From assembly GCA_963666215.2 (NCBI GenBank), contig CAXWPL010000005.1, forward strand, positions 576,001 through 640,000: a DNA stretch of 64,000 nucleotides, in the 5' to 3' direction. The notes under the pieces are model-generated. The model was given only the letters and a program-made list of their open reading frames with translations. It ran no database searches and was not told the DNA's origin. Of this stretch, positions 49,668 to 59,426 are shown one piece after another; position 1 is the first letter of the stretch, and every line of letters begins with the position of its first letter. This DNA comes from Acidobacteriota bacterium. GTDB taxonomy: Bacteria; Acidobacteriota; UBA890; WLXD01. A program made the position numbers and the translations under genes.

Positions 49668-50702
49668 ATGAAACGAGCCCATGTAACCATCGCCGGTCTT
49701 CTCGCCCTGCTCATTGTCGCGCCGGCGGCGTCGCCGGCCGTCGCCACGGCGGAGCGAGAACCGAGCCCAGGGCTCCAGCGGGCTCTCGAGCGCGCCGTCG
49801 AGCGCTTTGCCGGGCGTATTGGCGTGCAGGTACAGCACGTCGAGAGCGGCGTGTCGGCCGCGGTCGATGCCGAAACGCCCTACCCGATGGCGAGCACGTT
49901 CAAGGTTCCGATTCTGGTCGAGCTGATGGCCCGGGTCGATGCCGGCGAGTTATCGCTCGACGACCGCATCGAAGTCCTGTCGACCGACCAGCACATCGGC
50001 AGCGGACTGCTGCAGAACCTCTGGGCGCCGGGGATCGCTCTATCACTGCGCAACGTGGCGACAATGATGATCATCCTTTCCGACAACTCAGCGACCGACC
50101 TACTCGTGGAACGGCTCGGCCCGCAACGCATCACCGCGCGCATGCGCACACTCGGTCTGGACAACATCCGCGTCGATCGCACAACTCTCGAGCTCATCCT
50201 CGATTACCTGGGCGTTCCGTTCGCGCCTCTGGACGACGCGACCAACGCGGAGATCCAGGCTGACCTCGCCGAGCGCGACCTCGACGGCGAGGCTGCCGAG
50301 CGCGCACGCGAGGCGTTCTACACCACCGCCAAGGACGTCGCCTCGGCACGCGAAATGAACGATCTGCTGGTCCGCATCGCGCGCCACGAAATCCTCACTC
50401 CCGCTTCATGCGATGTCATCCTCGAGATTCTCGAGCGTACTCAGACAGGCGAAAACCGACTGCGAGGCATGTTGCCGGCCGACACGGTCGTGCGTCACAA
50501 GACCGGCACCATCGGCCGCGTCGTCAACGATGTCGGCATCATCGAGCTACCGAATGATCCCGGCGACGGCGGCGACGTTCCCGCAAATCGCTTCGCCATC
50601 AGCGTGTTCACGCTCGGAGACCCCGGCACCGCCAACCCGGCTAACGAGCGCGCGATCGCCGACCTGGCGCGCACGGCCTACGATTTCTTCCTCTCGCGGT
50701 AG
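49668..50702 (+). CDS. Class A beta-lactamase-like serine hydrolase
   Basis: Signal peptide, ASTFK (SxxK), SDN, HKTGT. Confidence 0.85.
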   Translation: MKRAHVTIAGLLALLIVAPAASPAVATAEREPSPGLQRALERAVERFAGRIGVQVQHVESGVSAAVDAETPYPMASTFKVPILVELMARVDAGELSLDDRIEVLSTDQHIGSGLLQNLWAPGIALSLRNVATMMIILSDNSATDLLVERLGPQRITARMRTLGLDNIRVDRTTLELILDYLGVPFAPLDDATNAEIQADLAERDLDGEAAERAREAFYTTAKDVASAREMNDLLVRIARHEILTPASCDVILEILERTQTGENRLRGMLPADTVVRHKTGTIGRVVNDVGIIELPNDPGDGGDVPANRFAISVFTLGDPGTANPANERAIADLARTAYDFFLSR

Positions 50703-50830
50703 GGTCGGCGAAGAGCGAGTTCGCTGGAGATTCGTCGCCTTCTTCGCTACTTTTGGGCCCATCGTGCGGCGGAGCGGTTGTGGAACAACCCGCTGCTGAT
50801 CCGCTGCCACAAGCTCGTTTGGAGGAGTCT

Positions 50831-50908
50831 ATGACTCGCAGAATCGCCGCTCTGTTCGCGATCGCCGCGATTGTCGGCCTGGCCGTGCAGCCTCCCGCCT
50901 ACGCCTAG
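50831..50908 (+). CDS. 25-aa signal-peptide-only ORF
   Basis: GGAGGAG RBS, MTRRIAALFAIAAIVGLAVQPPAYA*, followed by a terminator. Confidence 0.55.
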   Translation: MTRRIAALFAIAAIVGLAVQPPAYA

Positions 50909-50928
50909 CCACTCCCCCCGAGCTACGA

Positions 50929-50965
50929 AACAGGGACCGACCAGACGGTTGGTCCCTGTTCTTGT
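50929..50965 (+). terminator. Intrinsic terminator
   Basis: AACAGGGACCGACC-AGAC-GGTTGGTCCCTGTT followed by CTTGT. Confidence 0.7.
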
Positions 50966-50991
50966 AGGAAACCCCGAGACGTGGCCCGATC

Positions 50992-51876
50992 TTGAAGACA
51001 CGACCCGAATACTCCATCATCGACATCCACGTCCACATCCAGCCCTGGTCGCATTTTCACCCCCACACGCGCCAGGTCATGGAGGCGGGACGCGACAATT
51101 GCGACGAGCTGCAGACGATGATGCTCGACCCGCAGGCGGTGCTCGACTGCATGGACGCGGCCGGCGTGCAGCGCATCGGGATGATCAACTACGTGGCCGA
51201 AAAGTTGATGGGCTTCGGCGCCGCGGTGAACCCTTGGGTTGCGGCGATCGCCGCGGCGGCGCCGGAGCGGCTGCTGCCATTCGGCGGACTCGATCCACGC
51301 GACCCGGCGGTCGAGAGCGATCCGGCCGGCGCGGTGGACCACCTTCTCGAGCTCGGCATTCGCGGCCTCAAGATTCACCCACCACACCAGGAGCTGCGTG
51401 CGAACGCCTATCGGGAGGGCGCAGCCGACGAACATCTGCCGGCGCTCGCCGGCATCTACGCTCGCTGCGCCGAGCGCGGGCTGCCGGTGATGATCCACAC
51501 CGGCACGTCGATCTTCCCCGGCGCCCGCAGCCGGTTCGGCAATCCGCTCGAGTGCGACGACGTGGCGATCGACTTCCCCGACCTGATCCAGATCCTGGCG
51601 CATGCCGGCCGCCCGTTCTGGTGTGAGCAGGCCATGTTCGTGGCACGTCGGCACAGCAATCTCTATCTCGATCTGTCGGGCATCCCGCCGAAGCGCTTGC
51701 TCCACTACCTGCCCGAGCTGCCGCGCCTGGCCCACAAGTGTCTGTGGGGCACCGACTGGCCGGGTCCGGGTGTGCCCGGCCTGCGCTCAAACTTGGAACA
51801 GTTCCTGGCGCTCGACCTTGCAGACGAGACTCGCAAGCTCGTGCTGCACGACGTGCCTGCGCGGCTGTTCCCGTAG
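50992..51876 (+). CDS. Amidohydrolase_2 family metallo-hydrolase
   Basis: IDIHVH, GLKIHP, PVMIHTG, ILAHAG, WGTDWP. Confidence 0.9.
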   Translation: MKTRPEYSIIDIHVHIQPWSHFHPHTRQVMEAGRDNCDELQTMMLDPQAVLDCMDAAGVQRIGMINYVAEKLMGFGAAVNPWVAAIAAAAPERLLPFGGLDPRDPAVESDPAGAVDHLLELGIRGLKIHPPHQELRANAYREGAADEHLPALAGIYARCAERGLPVMIHTGTSIFPGARSRFGNPLECDDVAIDFPDLIQILAHAGRPFWCEQAMFVARRHSNLYLDLSGIPPKRLLHYLPELPRLAHKCLWGTDWPGPGVPGLRSNLEQFLALDLADETRKLVLHDVPARLFP

Positions 51877-52002
51877 CCGAGGAACCGGTGGGGACGACCC
51901 CGACCACTGCTACAATCTCGCCGATCCAAGCCGCACGGGCGCGTTGTGATCAACCAGCGCCGCCCAGCACCGCCGTTGTCCTCTTGCTAGATGGGGTGGT
52001 CC

Positions 52003-53499
52003 ATGCAGGAAATCTCGAATCGCATCGTCAGCATGATCAGCGACAACCTGCCCGGCCTGCTCGCCGCGCTCGCCGTGCTCGTATTCGGCTGGATCGCAGC
52101 CTTTGCGATTGCCGCTGGCGTGCGCTCGATCATGAAGCGAACACAGCTCGACGATCGCCTGGCGATTTGGCTAGGCAGCGACACCACAGCGCCACACGAC
52201 AAGTTCGAGCTGTGGATCCCGCGCGGGGTCTACTACCTGGTCTTGGTCTTCGTGCTGGTCGCCTTCCTGCAAACGCTCGGGCTGACCGTGGTCACCGAGC
52301 CGCTGAGCGCGCTGCTCAATCGCGTATTCGAATTCGCACCGCGGATCCTGGGCGCCGGACTGCTGCTCGGCCTGGCCTGGCTGCTAGCAACCGTTCTGCG
52401 CGCCGCCGTAACGCGCATGCTCGAGATCTCGAAGCTCGAGGAACGGCTTGGCGCAGCGGTAACGCTCGACAAGAAGCCGCGCGTGTCGGTGGCCAAGACC
52501 CTGGGCGACGCCATTTACTGGCTGATATTCCTGCTCTTTCTGCCGGCGATCCTCGACACGTTGAGCCTGCAGGGGCCGCTCGCCCCGGTGCAGTCCATGA
52601 TGAACGAGGTTCTGGGCTTTCTGCCGAACCTGTTCGCAGCCGGGCTCATCGCACTCGCCGGCTGGTTCGTGGCGCGCATTCTGCAGCAGATCGTCGCCAA
52701 CCTGCTGGCCGCCCTGGGTGCCGACCAGCTGAGCACGAGCTTGGGGCTCGAGGCCGTTCTCGGCCGCCAGAGCCTTTCAGGTCTGATTGGCCTCGTCGTT
52801 TACGTGCTCATCCTCATACCGGTGCTCGTGGCGTCGCTCAACGCGCTGGAGCTCGACGCCATCACCCGCCCAGCGAGCAACATGCTCGACGCCATCATGG
52901 CGGCGATTCCCCTGATTTTCGCCGCCTGCCTGCTGCTGGCAATCGCCTACGTCGTCGGCCGGGTTGTGGGCGGATTGATTGCCAACCTGCTCAATGGCGT
53001 CGGATTCAACCGTGTCCTGGAGCGTCTCGACATCACCAAGGAAGGCGAGGAGGGCGAGCGCAATCCCTCCGACATCGTCGGCTACTTGGTGCTGGTGGCG
53101 ATCCTGCTTTTCGCCGCGGTCGAGGCCTCACGGCTGCTCGGATTCGTGGGACTCGCCGACCTGGTCGGGCAGTTCCTGGTGTTCGCGGGTGGTGTGCTAG
53201 TTGGCCTGGTTATCTTCGCGGTGGGCCTTTACCTCGCCAATCTGGCGGCCCGTGTAGTCGAGGCAAGCAGCTCGGCACAGGCGCCGGTGCTGGCGCTTGC
53301 GGCGCGGGTGTCGATTCTTGTACTGGCGGGCTTCATGGCGCTCAGCCAGATGGGGCTCGGCGGCGACATCATCAACCTGGCGTTCGGCATCGTCCTTGGC
53401 GCACTGTTTCTGGCGCTGGCGCTCGCTTTCGGATTCGGCGGGCGCGAAGTCGCGGCGCGCCAGCTCGAGGAATGGAAGCGCATGTGGGACTCGAAGTGA
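52003..53499 (+). CDS. TM-helix-repeat membrane protein (CmpX/MscS-associated)
   Basis: Four repeats of LP.L..A....GW..A. C-terminal ALALAFGFGGRE.A. Confidence 0.8.
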   Translation: MQEISNRIVSMISDNLPGLLAALAVLVFGWIAAFAIAAGVRSIMKRTQLDDRLAIWLGSDTTAPHDKFELWIPRGVYYLVLVFVLVAFLQTLGLTVVTEPLSALLNRVFEFAPRILGAGLLLGLAWLLATVLRAAVTRMLEISKLEERLGAAVTLDKKPRVSVAKTLGDAIYWLIFLLFLPAILDTLSLQGPLAPVQSMMNEVLGFLPNLFAAGLIALAGWFVARILQQIVANLLAALGADQLSTSLGLEAVLGRQSLSGLIGLVVYVLILIPVLVASLNALELDAITRPASNMLDAIMAAIPLIFAACLLLAIAYVVGRVVGGLIANLLNGVGFNRVLERLDITKEGEEGERNPSDIVGYLVLVAILLFAAVEASRLLGFVGLADLVGQFLVFAGGVLVGLVIFAVGLYLANLAARVVEASSSAQAPVLALAARVSILVLAGFMALSQMGLGGDIINLAFGIVLGALFLALALAFGFGGREVAARQLEEWKRMWDSK

Positions 53500-54872
53500 G
53501 TGCGCGTCCCAGCACAGCGGGCGTGCTTGCCGCGACGCTGGTCTTGAGCGCGCTGTACGGCTGTTCGAGTGGGGCTGCTCCGCGATCCTCGCCGGCGCGG
53601 CCCGATCTGGCAGCGGCGCCCGCTTCAATCTCGCCCTACGAAACCGGCACGGCGCTGGCGGCGGCACACAATGACCATCTTGTTGCTGGCCTCGCCAATC
53701 GAGCGTTCGCGCCCGAGGCCTACTGGAGGGTGCTGCAAGCCGTGCTGGTCGCGTCGCCCGACAGGTTCGACGTACGGCCGGTCGCAGAGAGCATTGAAGG
53801 ACGGCCCATCCGGCGTATCGATTTCGGCCACGGCGAGCCGCGCGTGCTGCTGTGGTCACAGATGCACGGCAACGAGAGCACCGCCTCTCGCGCGCTCGTC
53901 GACATCTTCGCTTTTCTCGCTCGCAACCCGGACAACCCGATTGTCCGCTCGATCGAGGCGGGCACGCGCCTGACGGTGATTCCTGTGCTCAATCCTGACG
54001 GCGCGGCGCGCTTCTGGCGCCACAACGCCCTCGGTGTCGATATCAATCGTGACGCGCGCCTGCTCGCTACGCCCGAGGCACGGGCTCTCAAGTCCGTGCG
54101 CGACGAGATCAACGCGGAATGGGGCTTCAATCTGCACGATCAGAACGTTCGCACGCGTCTCGGCCGTAGCAACCAGGACGTGCAGATCTCACTGCTGGCT
54201 CCTCCGCCCGGATCGAGGGTCACGAACCCGGCGATGGAGCGCGCCAAGAAGCTGGCAACCGTCGTAGCCCGAGCAATCGAACCGGTGGTCGGCAACGCGA
54301 TCGGGCGCTACGACGAGGGCTTCAACCCGCGCGCTTTCGGCGACCTGATGACGCAGTGGGGTACGGGCACGGTGCTGATCGAGTCGGGGGGAACGCTCGC
54401 AGACCCGCAGAAAGACCGTCTACGCGCCGCCAACTTCGTCGGCATCCTCACTGCGCTCTTGGCGATTGCCGATGGCTCGTGGGAAGACGCCGACCCGGGC
54501 CACTACGCCAACCTGCCTCTGAATGGAGCCCAGGTCTACGATCTGATCGTGCGTGGCGGCCAGATTGTGCTGCCGGGCCGGCGCCCCATCCGCTCCGACT
54601 TCGCGGTCAACTTCCTGGATACGCTGCAGCGCAACGCTGGTGCAATTGTCGAGGTCGGCGACCTGGCCGACGCCAGGGCCCTCGAGGTGATCGACGCCGC
54701 CGGGCTGTTCTTCCTGCCCGACAGCGCGACGCTGTCACAGCAGGAAGGGCGCCACCTGCGTCTCGGTGACCCGGCCAACGGCGTGCTGGCCCGCGACCCG
54801 GATGGCGCCAACATCGCCTGGTATCTGCAGGACGGTCGGGCGCGCACTTCGGAGATCCAAAGGCGACCGTGA
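53496..54872 (+). CDS. M14 zinc carboxypeptidase-family lipoprotein
   Basis: Lipobox LYGC, SIEGRPI, WSQMHGNE, LNPDG, DINRD, NLHDQ, LIESGG. GTGA overlap with the upstream gene. Confidence 0.88.
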   Translation: MSARPSTAGVLAATLVLSALYGCSSGAAPRSSPARPDLAAAPASISPYETGTALAAAHNDHLVAGLANRAFAPEAYWRVLQAVLVASPDRFDVRPVAESIEGRPIRRIDFGHGEPRVLLWSQMHGNESTASRALVDIFAFLARNPDNPIVRSIEAGTRLTVIPVLNPDGAARFWRHNALGVDINRDARLLATPEARALKSVRDEINAEWGFNLHDQNVRTRLGRSNQDVQISLLAPPPGSRVTNPAMERAKKLATVVARAIEPVVGNAIGRYDEGFNPRAFGDLMTQWGTGTVLIESGGTLADPQKDRLRAANFVGILTALLAIADGSWEDADPGHYANLPLNGAQVYDLIVRGGQIVLPGRRPIRSDFAVNFLDTLQRNAGAIVEVGDLADARALEVIDAAGLFFLPDSATLSQQEGRHLRLGDPANGVLARDPDGANIAWYLQDGRARTSEIQRRP

Positions 54873-55091
54873 TGCGGAGGATGTTCTTTGTGGCGTGGTT
54901 GTTGGGTTGAGTGGGGACGTTTCAGACGCGCGGAGGCGAGCCGGGGGGCATCTAGGCCGACTGACGCTTGTAGCTTGGTCGCGACTTCCAGGAGCTAGCG
55001 TGGGCAACCGCTAAGGAATTGGCGACGACCGATCCGCGACGGTCGCTACGATGCCCCCGCCCCCCCCTCCGACTTCCGACATCCGCATCAC
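54869..55091 (+). ncRNA. Candidate structured RNA of unknown class
   Basis: Nested inverted repeats GTGATGCGGA/TCCGCATCAC, GGGGGCATC/GATGCCCCC, GGTCG/CGACC, TTCC/GGAA, TAGCG/CGCTA with a GCAA loop. Confidence 0.4.
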
Positions 55092-55118
55092 AACACCGAC
55101 GGCTCGGCGCCCAGGAGT

Positions 55119-55136
55119 GAGGTCGTGAACGACCTC
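55119..55136. terminator. Hairpin between convergent genes
   Basis: GAGGTCG-TGAA-CGACCTC, no clear U tract. Confidence 0.4.
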
Positions 55137-55157
55137 CTCAGAGGTCGCTAGCGGCGA

Positions 55158-56588
55158 TTAGCGCTCGGGGGCTGGAAGGTAGATCGCCTCACCGTGGCTG
55201 AGCTCGAGCTGACGAACGTACTCGAGCGTCGCAGTCAGGTGGCGTGCTGCTGTGTCGAAGTAGAGCGGCGATAGCCCGAGCTCGCGCCAGGCGGCCTGCC
55301 GCTCGCTGGCATACGCCGCACGGCCGCAGCCAACACCGCTCGTGCGGCGACTCAACGCCCGAGCGCGCTCGATCGTCCAGCGATCGAAGCGTTCCACGCG
55401 GGTGCCGGGGTCGATGCGCCCACGCAGGTCGTTGAGTCCCTTGGCCGGGTAGCGGAGCGACCCACCGTTGTCGAGGGCGAGCAAACGGACCTGGCCCAAC
55501 TCCCAGGTGGTGGCGTCCTCCGGAGACTCCCCGTCAGCGGGATCCGCCCGCCCGGCGATCGATCGAAAATGTAAGTTTCCGCCCGCAAAGCGGTCGATCT
55601 GCCCGGTCACTGCGTCGAGAAACATGATGTTCGACAGGTCGGCGGCGAGCTGGCGCTCGGTCATCGATCCGCGGTGAGTTCCGGGTGGCGAGTAAAGCCG
55701 CGTTGTCTGCGACAGCATGACGGATTGACCGCCAGGCCAGGGCCCCGTGGCGCGCAGCTGCTGTTGCACGGGTTGCCGCCCCAGCGACTCACGGCGCCCC
55801 AACGTGCCGTTGAACATGAAGCCTTTGAGCCACGGCTTGATAGCAGCGGGGAACGAGCCGCCGTCGGCAAGGGCCTCGCCAATACGACGCAAGACCTGCT
55901 GCCGGGCACTCTCCTTGACGCCGTCGCGATAGCTCACTTCGGCGAGTAAACGGTGCACCTTGCGCAACGCGCCGCCACGCAACTGGACCGGCAACGTGGG
56001 CGCGACGAGCTCCCCGAATCCGAGCAGTCGCGCCAACCGGTAGGCGAACACCTCGCCCTCGGTGCGTGTGTTCGAGGAGTCGGTCTTGATCACGCCAACG
56101 GTCTCGTCGCTTGCCGTATCGACCACCTTGAAGAGGATCGACTTGCCCTCGTATTCGGCCAGCAGGCCAAATCTCGTGCCACGCCCCTCGAGATCAATAT
56201 GATCGAGCGAGCGCTCGTCGAGACCCAACGGCCAGCTCCACGCCGACGCCATCGGTCCGAACTCGTCATCGGGACAGAACGCCATCGGGTAGTGCAGCCA
56301 AGCGATGGGCGTCGACTCGACAACGCGGTTGTTGATCGCGCTCGGCGGCTTGTCGCCTGCTGGTCTCGAGTCTGTCGATCGATCAACGGGAGCCGTCGCG
56401 GCCGCCATCACCGGGCGCCGCGCTAGTCCATCTCGACGCGGCGCCGACGGGCTCTCCTCGCGTGGCTGAGCTTCTAGAGGAACCGCCACAGCAGATGGCC
56501 CCTCAGAAATTGCCGATGCTCGCCTCTTGAACGGTGCCCGGGGTGGATTGGCTTGCCGCGCGCGCACCGCGCGAAGCGCGCGCATCAT
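55158..56588 (-). CDS. Atypical protein-kinase-like fold protein (four-jointed/Fam20/PI4K-like motifs)
   Basis: VIK, EVFAYRLARLLG..VAPT, FLDAVTGQIDR....N, LLALDNG. Start uncertain. Confidence 0.6.
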   Translation of the reverse strand: MMRALRAVRARQANPPRAPFKRRASAISEGPSAVAVPLEAQPREESPSAPRRDGLARRPVMAAATAPVDRSTDSRPAGDKPPSAINNRVVESTPIAWLHYPMAFCPDDEFGPMASAWSWPLGLDERSLDHIDLEGRGTRFGLLAEYEGKSILFKVVDTASDETVGVIKTDSSNTRTEGEVFAYRLARLLGFGELVAPTLPVQLRGGALRKVHRLLAEVSYRDGVKESARQQVLRRIGEALADGGSFPAAIKPWLKGFMFNGTLGRRESLGRQPVQQQLRATGPWPGGQSVMLSQTTRLYSPPGTHRGSMTERQLAADLSNIMFLDAVTGQIDRFAGGNLHFRSIAGRADPADGESPEDATTWELGQVRLLALDNGGSLRYPAKGLNDLRGRIDPGTRVERFDRWTIERARALSRRTSGVGCGRAAYASERQAAWRELGLSPLYFDTAARHLTATLEYVRQLELSHGEAIYLPAPER

Positions 56589-56643
56589 AGCATCAGCCGA
56601 AGCTCGGTCTTCGGAACGCTATCAAGGTCCGCCAGGAACCGAC

Positions 56644-58014
56644 ATGAAGCACGCGCTGATCACACCCGAGCGGCTCAGCCTCTCGACAGATCTCTACGAG
56701 CTCACAATGTCGGCAGCGTTCTTCGAGGCGGGCCTCGCAGATCGAACCGCCACCTTCGACCTCAACGTCCGCAGCCTGCCGCCACAGCGTGGCTACCTCA
56801 TCGCCGCGGGGCTCGAGCAGGCGCTCGCCTACCTTCGTGATCTGGACTTCTCGCCCGAAGCGCTGGAGTACCTCGAGACCACTGGCCATTTTCGAGCCGG
56901 GTTCCTCGACTTCCTCGGCTCTCTTCGCTTCACGGGCAGCGTCGACGCGATCCCTGAGGGCACGGTCGTTTTCCCGCCGGGCCCACTGCTGCGCATCACC
57001 GCTCCGATCATCGAGGCCCAACTCGTGGAGACCTACCTCCTGACGACGATGACCTACCAGACGATGATCGCGTCGAAGGCGGCCCGTTGCGTGGGCGCCG
57101 CCGCCGGACGTGCCGTGATCGACTTCTCGGCCCGCCGCGACCACGGTCCGCAGGCGGGGCTCCTGTGCGCCCGCGCGGCGTACATTGGCGGCTGTCTGGG
57201 GAGCTCGAACGTTCTAGCTAGCGAGCGCTTCGGCATTCCGGCGTTCGGCACCATGGCGCATTCTTTCGTCATGTTCCACCGCGACGAGGAGGCGGCATTT
57301 CGGGCTTTTGCCCATTCCTACCCGGGCGACCCGACGCTCCTGATAGACACCTTCGAGACGGTGCAGGGGGCGCGAACCGCGTTGCGCCTGCTTCCCGAGC
57401 TGCGCGAGCGCGGCCGCAAGCTCTTCGCCGTACGGCTCGATTCTGGAGATCTCCTGGAGCTCTCCAAACAGGTCCGCGATATTCTCGACGCGGGCGGCGC
57501 CAGCGACACACAGATCTTCGCCTCGGGAAATCTTGACGAAAACCGCATTGCCGAGCTTGTTGCCAACGGAGCCCCGATCGACGCCTTCGGGGTTGGTACC
57601 GAGCTCGGGACGAGCGGCGACGCTCCCTCGCTCAACAGCACCTACAAGCTTGTTTCCCGCACCGACAGCGACGGCGACGAGATTCCGGTGATCAAGCTGA
57701 GCGCAGCCAAGATCACGCTACCGGGGCGTAAGCAGATGTGGCGGCGACAGGCCCCAGACGGACAGTTCGAGGCCGACACGCTGGGCATCGAGGGAGAGGA
57801 CCTGGAAGGAGAGCCTCTTCTGGTGCCGGTGATGGTGGACGGCGAGTTGCGTGTCGCTGCGCCCGACCTCGCCGTGCTACGCGCCCGTACGGCCGCACAA
57901 GTCGCGGCGCTGCCCGCCGGAGTCGCGGACCTCGACCGCCCGACGGAGTACCCGGTCCATATCTCGCCCGAGCTCGAGCGCTTGGCGGCGGCACTGCAGG
58001 CACGCGACTCCTAG
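56644..58014 (+). CDS. pncB: Nicotinate phosphoribosyltransferase
   Basis: TDLYELTM, GTMAHSFV, LIDT, VRLDSGD, FGVGT, YKLV, K.T.PG.KQ. Confidence 0.95.
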   Translation: MKHALITPERLSLSTDLYELTMSAAFFEAGLADRTATFDLNVRSLPPQRGYLIAAGLEQALAYLRDLDFSPEALEYLETTGHFRAGFLDFLGSLRFTGSVDAIPEGTVVFPPGPLLRITAPIIEAQLVETYLLTTMTYQTMIASKAARCVGAAAGRAVIDFSARRDHGPQAGLLCARAAYIGGCLGSSNVLASERFGIPAFGTMAHSFVMFHRDEEAAFRAFAHSYPGDPTLLIDTFETVQGARTALRLLPELRERGRKLFAVRLDSGDLLELSKQVRDILDAGGASDTQIFASGNLDENRIAELVANGAPIDAFGVGTELGTSGDAPSLNSTYKLVSRTDSDGDEIPVIKLSAAKITLPGRKQMWRRQAPDGQFEADTLGIEGEDLEGEPLLVPVMVDGELRVAAPDLAVLRARTAAQVAALPAGVADLDRPTEYPVHISPELERLAAALQARDS

Positions 58015-58286
58015 AGTCGCGTGCTGGGCGCTGGTCTCAGCCTTCGGCGACACGCCCGACACACGTGCGCGAGACGTTCCGTCGTCGACCCGAAGGTCGG
58101 GTCGGGCTATCGTTGACAAGCCTGGGCACGGGGTCGATTTGTCCGCTATCCGAGCAGGCGCTACGATGGGCGCGTGGCGCAACCCGAGGCGGACCTTCCC
58201 TTTCGCCGTCGGCGGCGGTGGGCCCTCAAGATCGCCCGAACGATCCAGCCACGGGGATTGATCTCGGACCACCTGGAGACTAGTGG

Positions 58287-59426
58287 ATGAGCGACGCTAA
58301 GCAGGAAACGCCGGTCAAGGCCGCCGGACTCGCCGGCGTTGTTGCTGGACAATCGTCGATTGGTTTCATCGACGGGACGCAAGGCATCCTGCGCTACCGC
58401 GGATACGACATCCACGAGCTGGCCGTCCACTCGACGTTCGAGGAGACGGTCTATCTGCTGTGGTACGGCGAACTGCCGAGCCGCACTGAGCTGGCCGATT
58501 TCACCACCCTGCTGGCGCGTAACCGAGAGGTTCCCGAGGCGACGCTCGACCTCATCCGTCGCGTCCCGCTCGACACGCCTCCGATGTCCACGTTGCGGAC
58601 TGCCGTATCTTCGCTGGGACATTTCGACGCGGACGCCGAGGACATCTCGGTGGAGGCCAACCGACAGAAAGCGGGCCGGCTCACGGCCCAGATTGCCACC
58701 CTGACGGCCGCCATCGAGCGCGTACGTAGGGGCCACGAGCCCGTGGCCCCCGATGCCGCCCTTGGCCACGCGGCCAACTTCCTTTACATGCTCCACGGCG
58801 AGCGTGCATCGGAAGCCGCGGTGCGAGCGTTGGATGTAGCGCTGGTCCTGCACGCCGATCACGGTTTCAACGCCTCGACATTCGCCGCCAAGGTCACGTC
58901 GGCAACTCTTTCCGATATGCACTCCGCGGTCACCTCGGCAATCGGGACGCTGAAAGGCCCACTGCACGGCGGCGCCAATCAGCGAGTTCGCGAGGCCCTG
59001 ACAGACATCGGCAGCGTCGAACGAGTGGAGGAGTGGGTCGATGCCAGGCTCTCCGCCAAGGAACGCATCATGGGCTTTGGCCATCGGGTCTATAAGGTCG
59101 AGGACCCGCGCGCGCGGCACCTGCTGGCCGCCGCCGAGGCGCTGGCCGACAACCGTGAGCCCGACCTGCTTGCAATCTCGAAAGGGCTCGTTGCCGCGGT
59201 GCAGGCCCGGAAGCCGCTGCAGGTGAACGTGGATTACTACTCGGCGAGCCTGTACTCCTACCTGAACATCGCGCCCGATCTATTCCCTCTGATCTTCGCA
59301 CTGTCGCGCATCTCCGGCTGGGCGACACACGTGATGGAACAGTACGCCGACAACAAGCTCATCCGGCCTCGCGCCGAGTATGTGGGGCCAGGGCCGCGCG
59401 CCTACGAGCCGCTCGAAAGCCGATAG
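58287..59426 (+). CDS. Citrate synthase / 2-methylcitrate synthase family
   Basis: LRYRGY, HADHGFNASTF, GPLHGGAN, MGFGHRVYK..DPR, NVDYYS, LIRPRA.Y. Confidence 0.93.
   Translation: MSDAKQETPVKAAGLAGVVAGQSSIGFIDGTQGILRYRGYDIHELAVHSTFEETVYLLWYGELPSRTELADFTTLLARNREVPEATLDLIRRVPLDTPPMSTLRTAVSSLGHFDADAEDISVEANRQKAGRLTAQIATLTAAIERVRRGHEPVAPDAALGHAANFLYMLHGERASEAAVRALDVALVLHADHGFNASTFAAKVTSATLSDMHSAVTSAIGTLKGPLHGGANQRVREALTDIGSVERVEEWVDARLSAKERIMGFGHRVYKVEDPRARHLLAAAEALADNREPDLLAISKGLVAAVQARKPLQVNVDYYSASLYSYLNIAPDLFPLIFALSRISGWATHVMEQYADNKLIRPRAEYVGPGPRAYEPLESR

Noticed and set aside
51738-53495. 1044-aa ORF in the track
   Set aside because: The N-terminal ~586 codons are an off-frame shadow of the membrane protein gene. 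The real M14 peptidase starts at GTG 53496.
54975-55030. Superficial resemblance to a ZTP riboswitch
   Set aside because: The core GACTGGCG and 3' pseudoknot strand are absent, and no co-oriented gene lies downstream.
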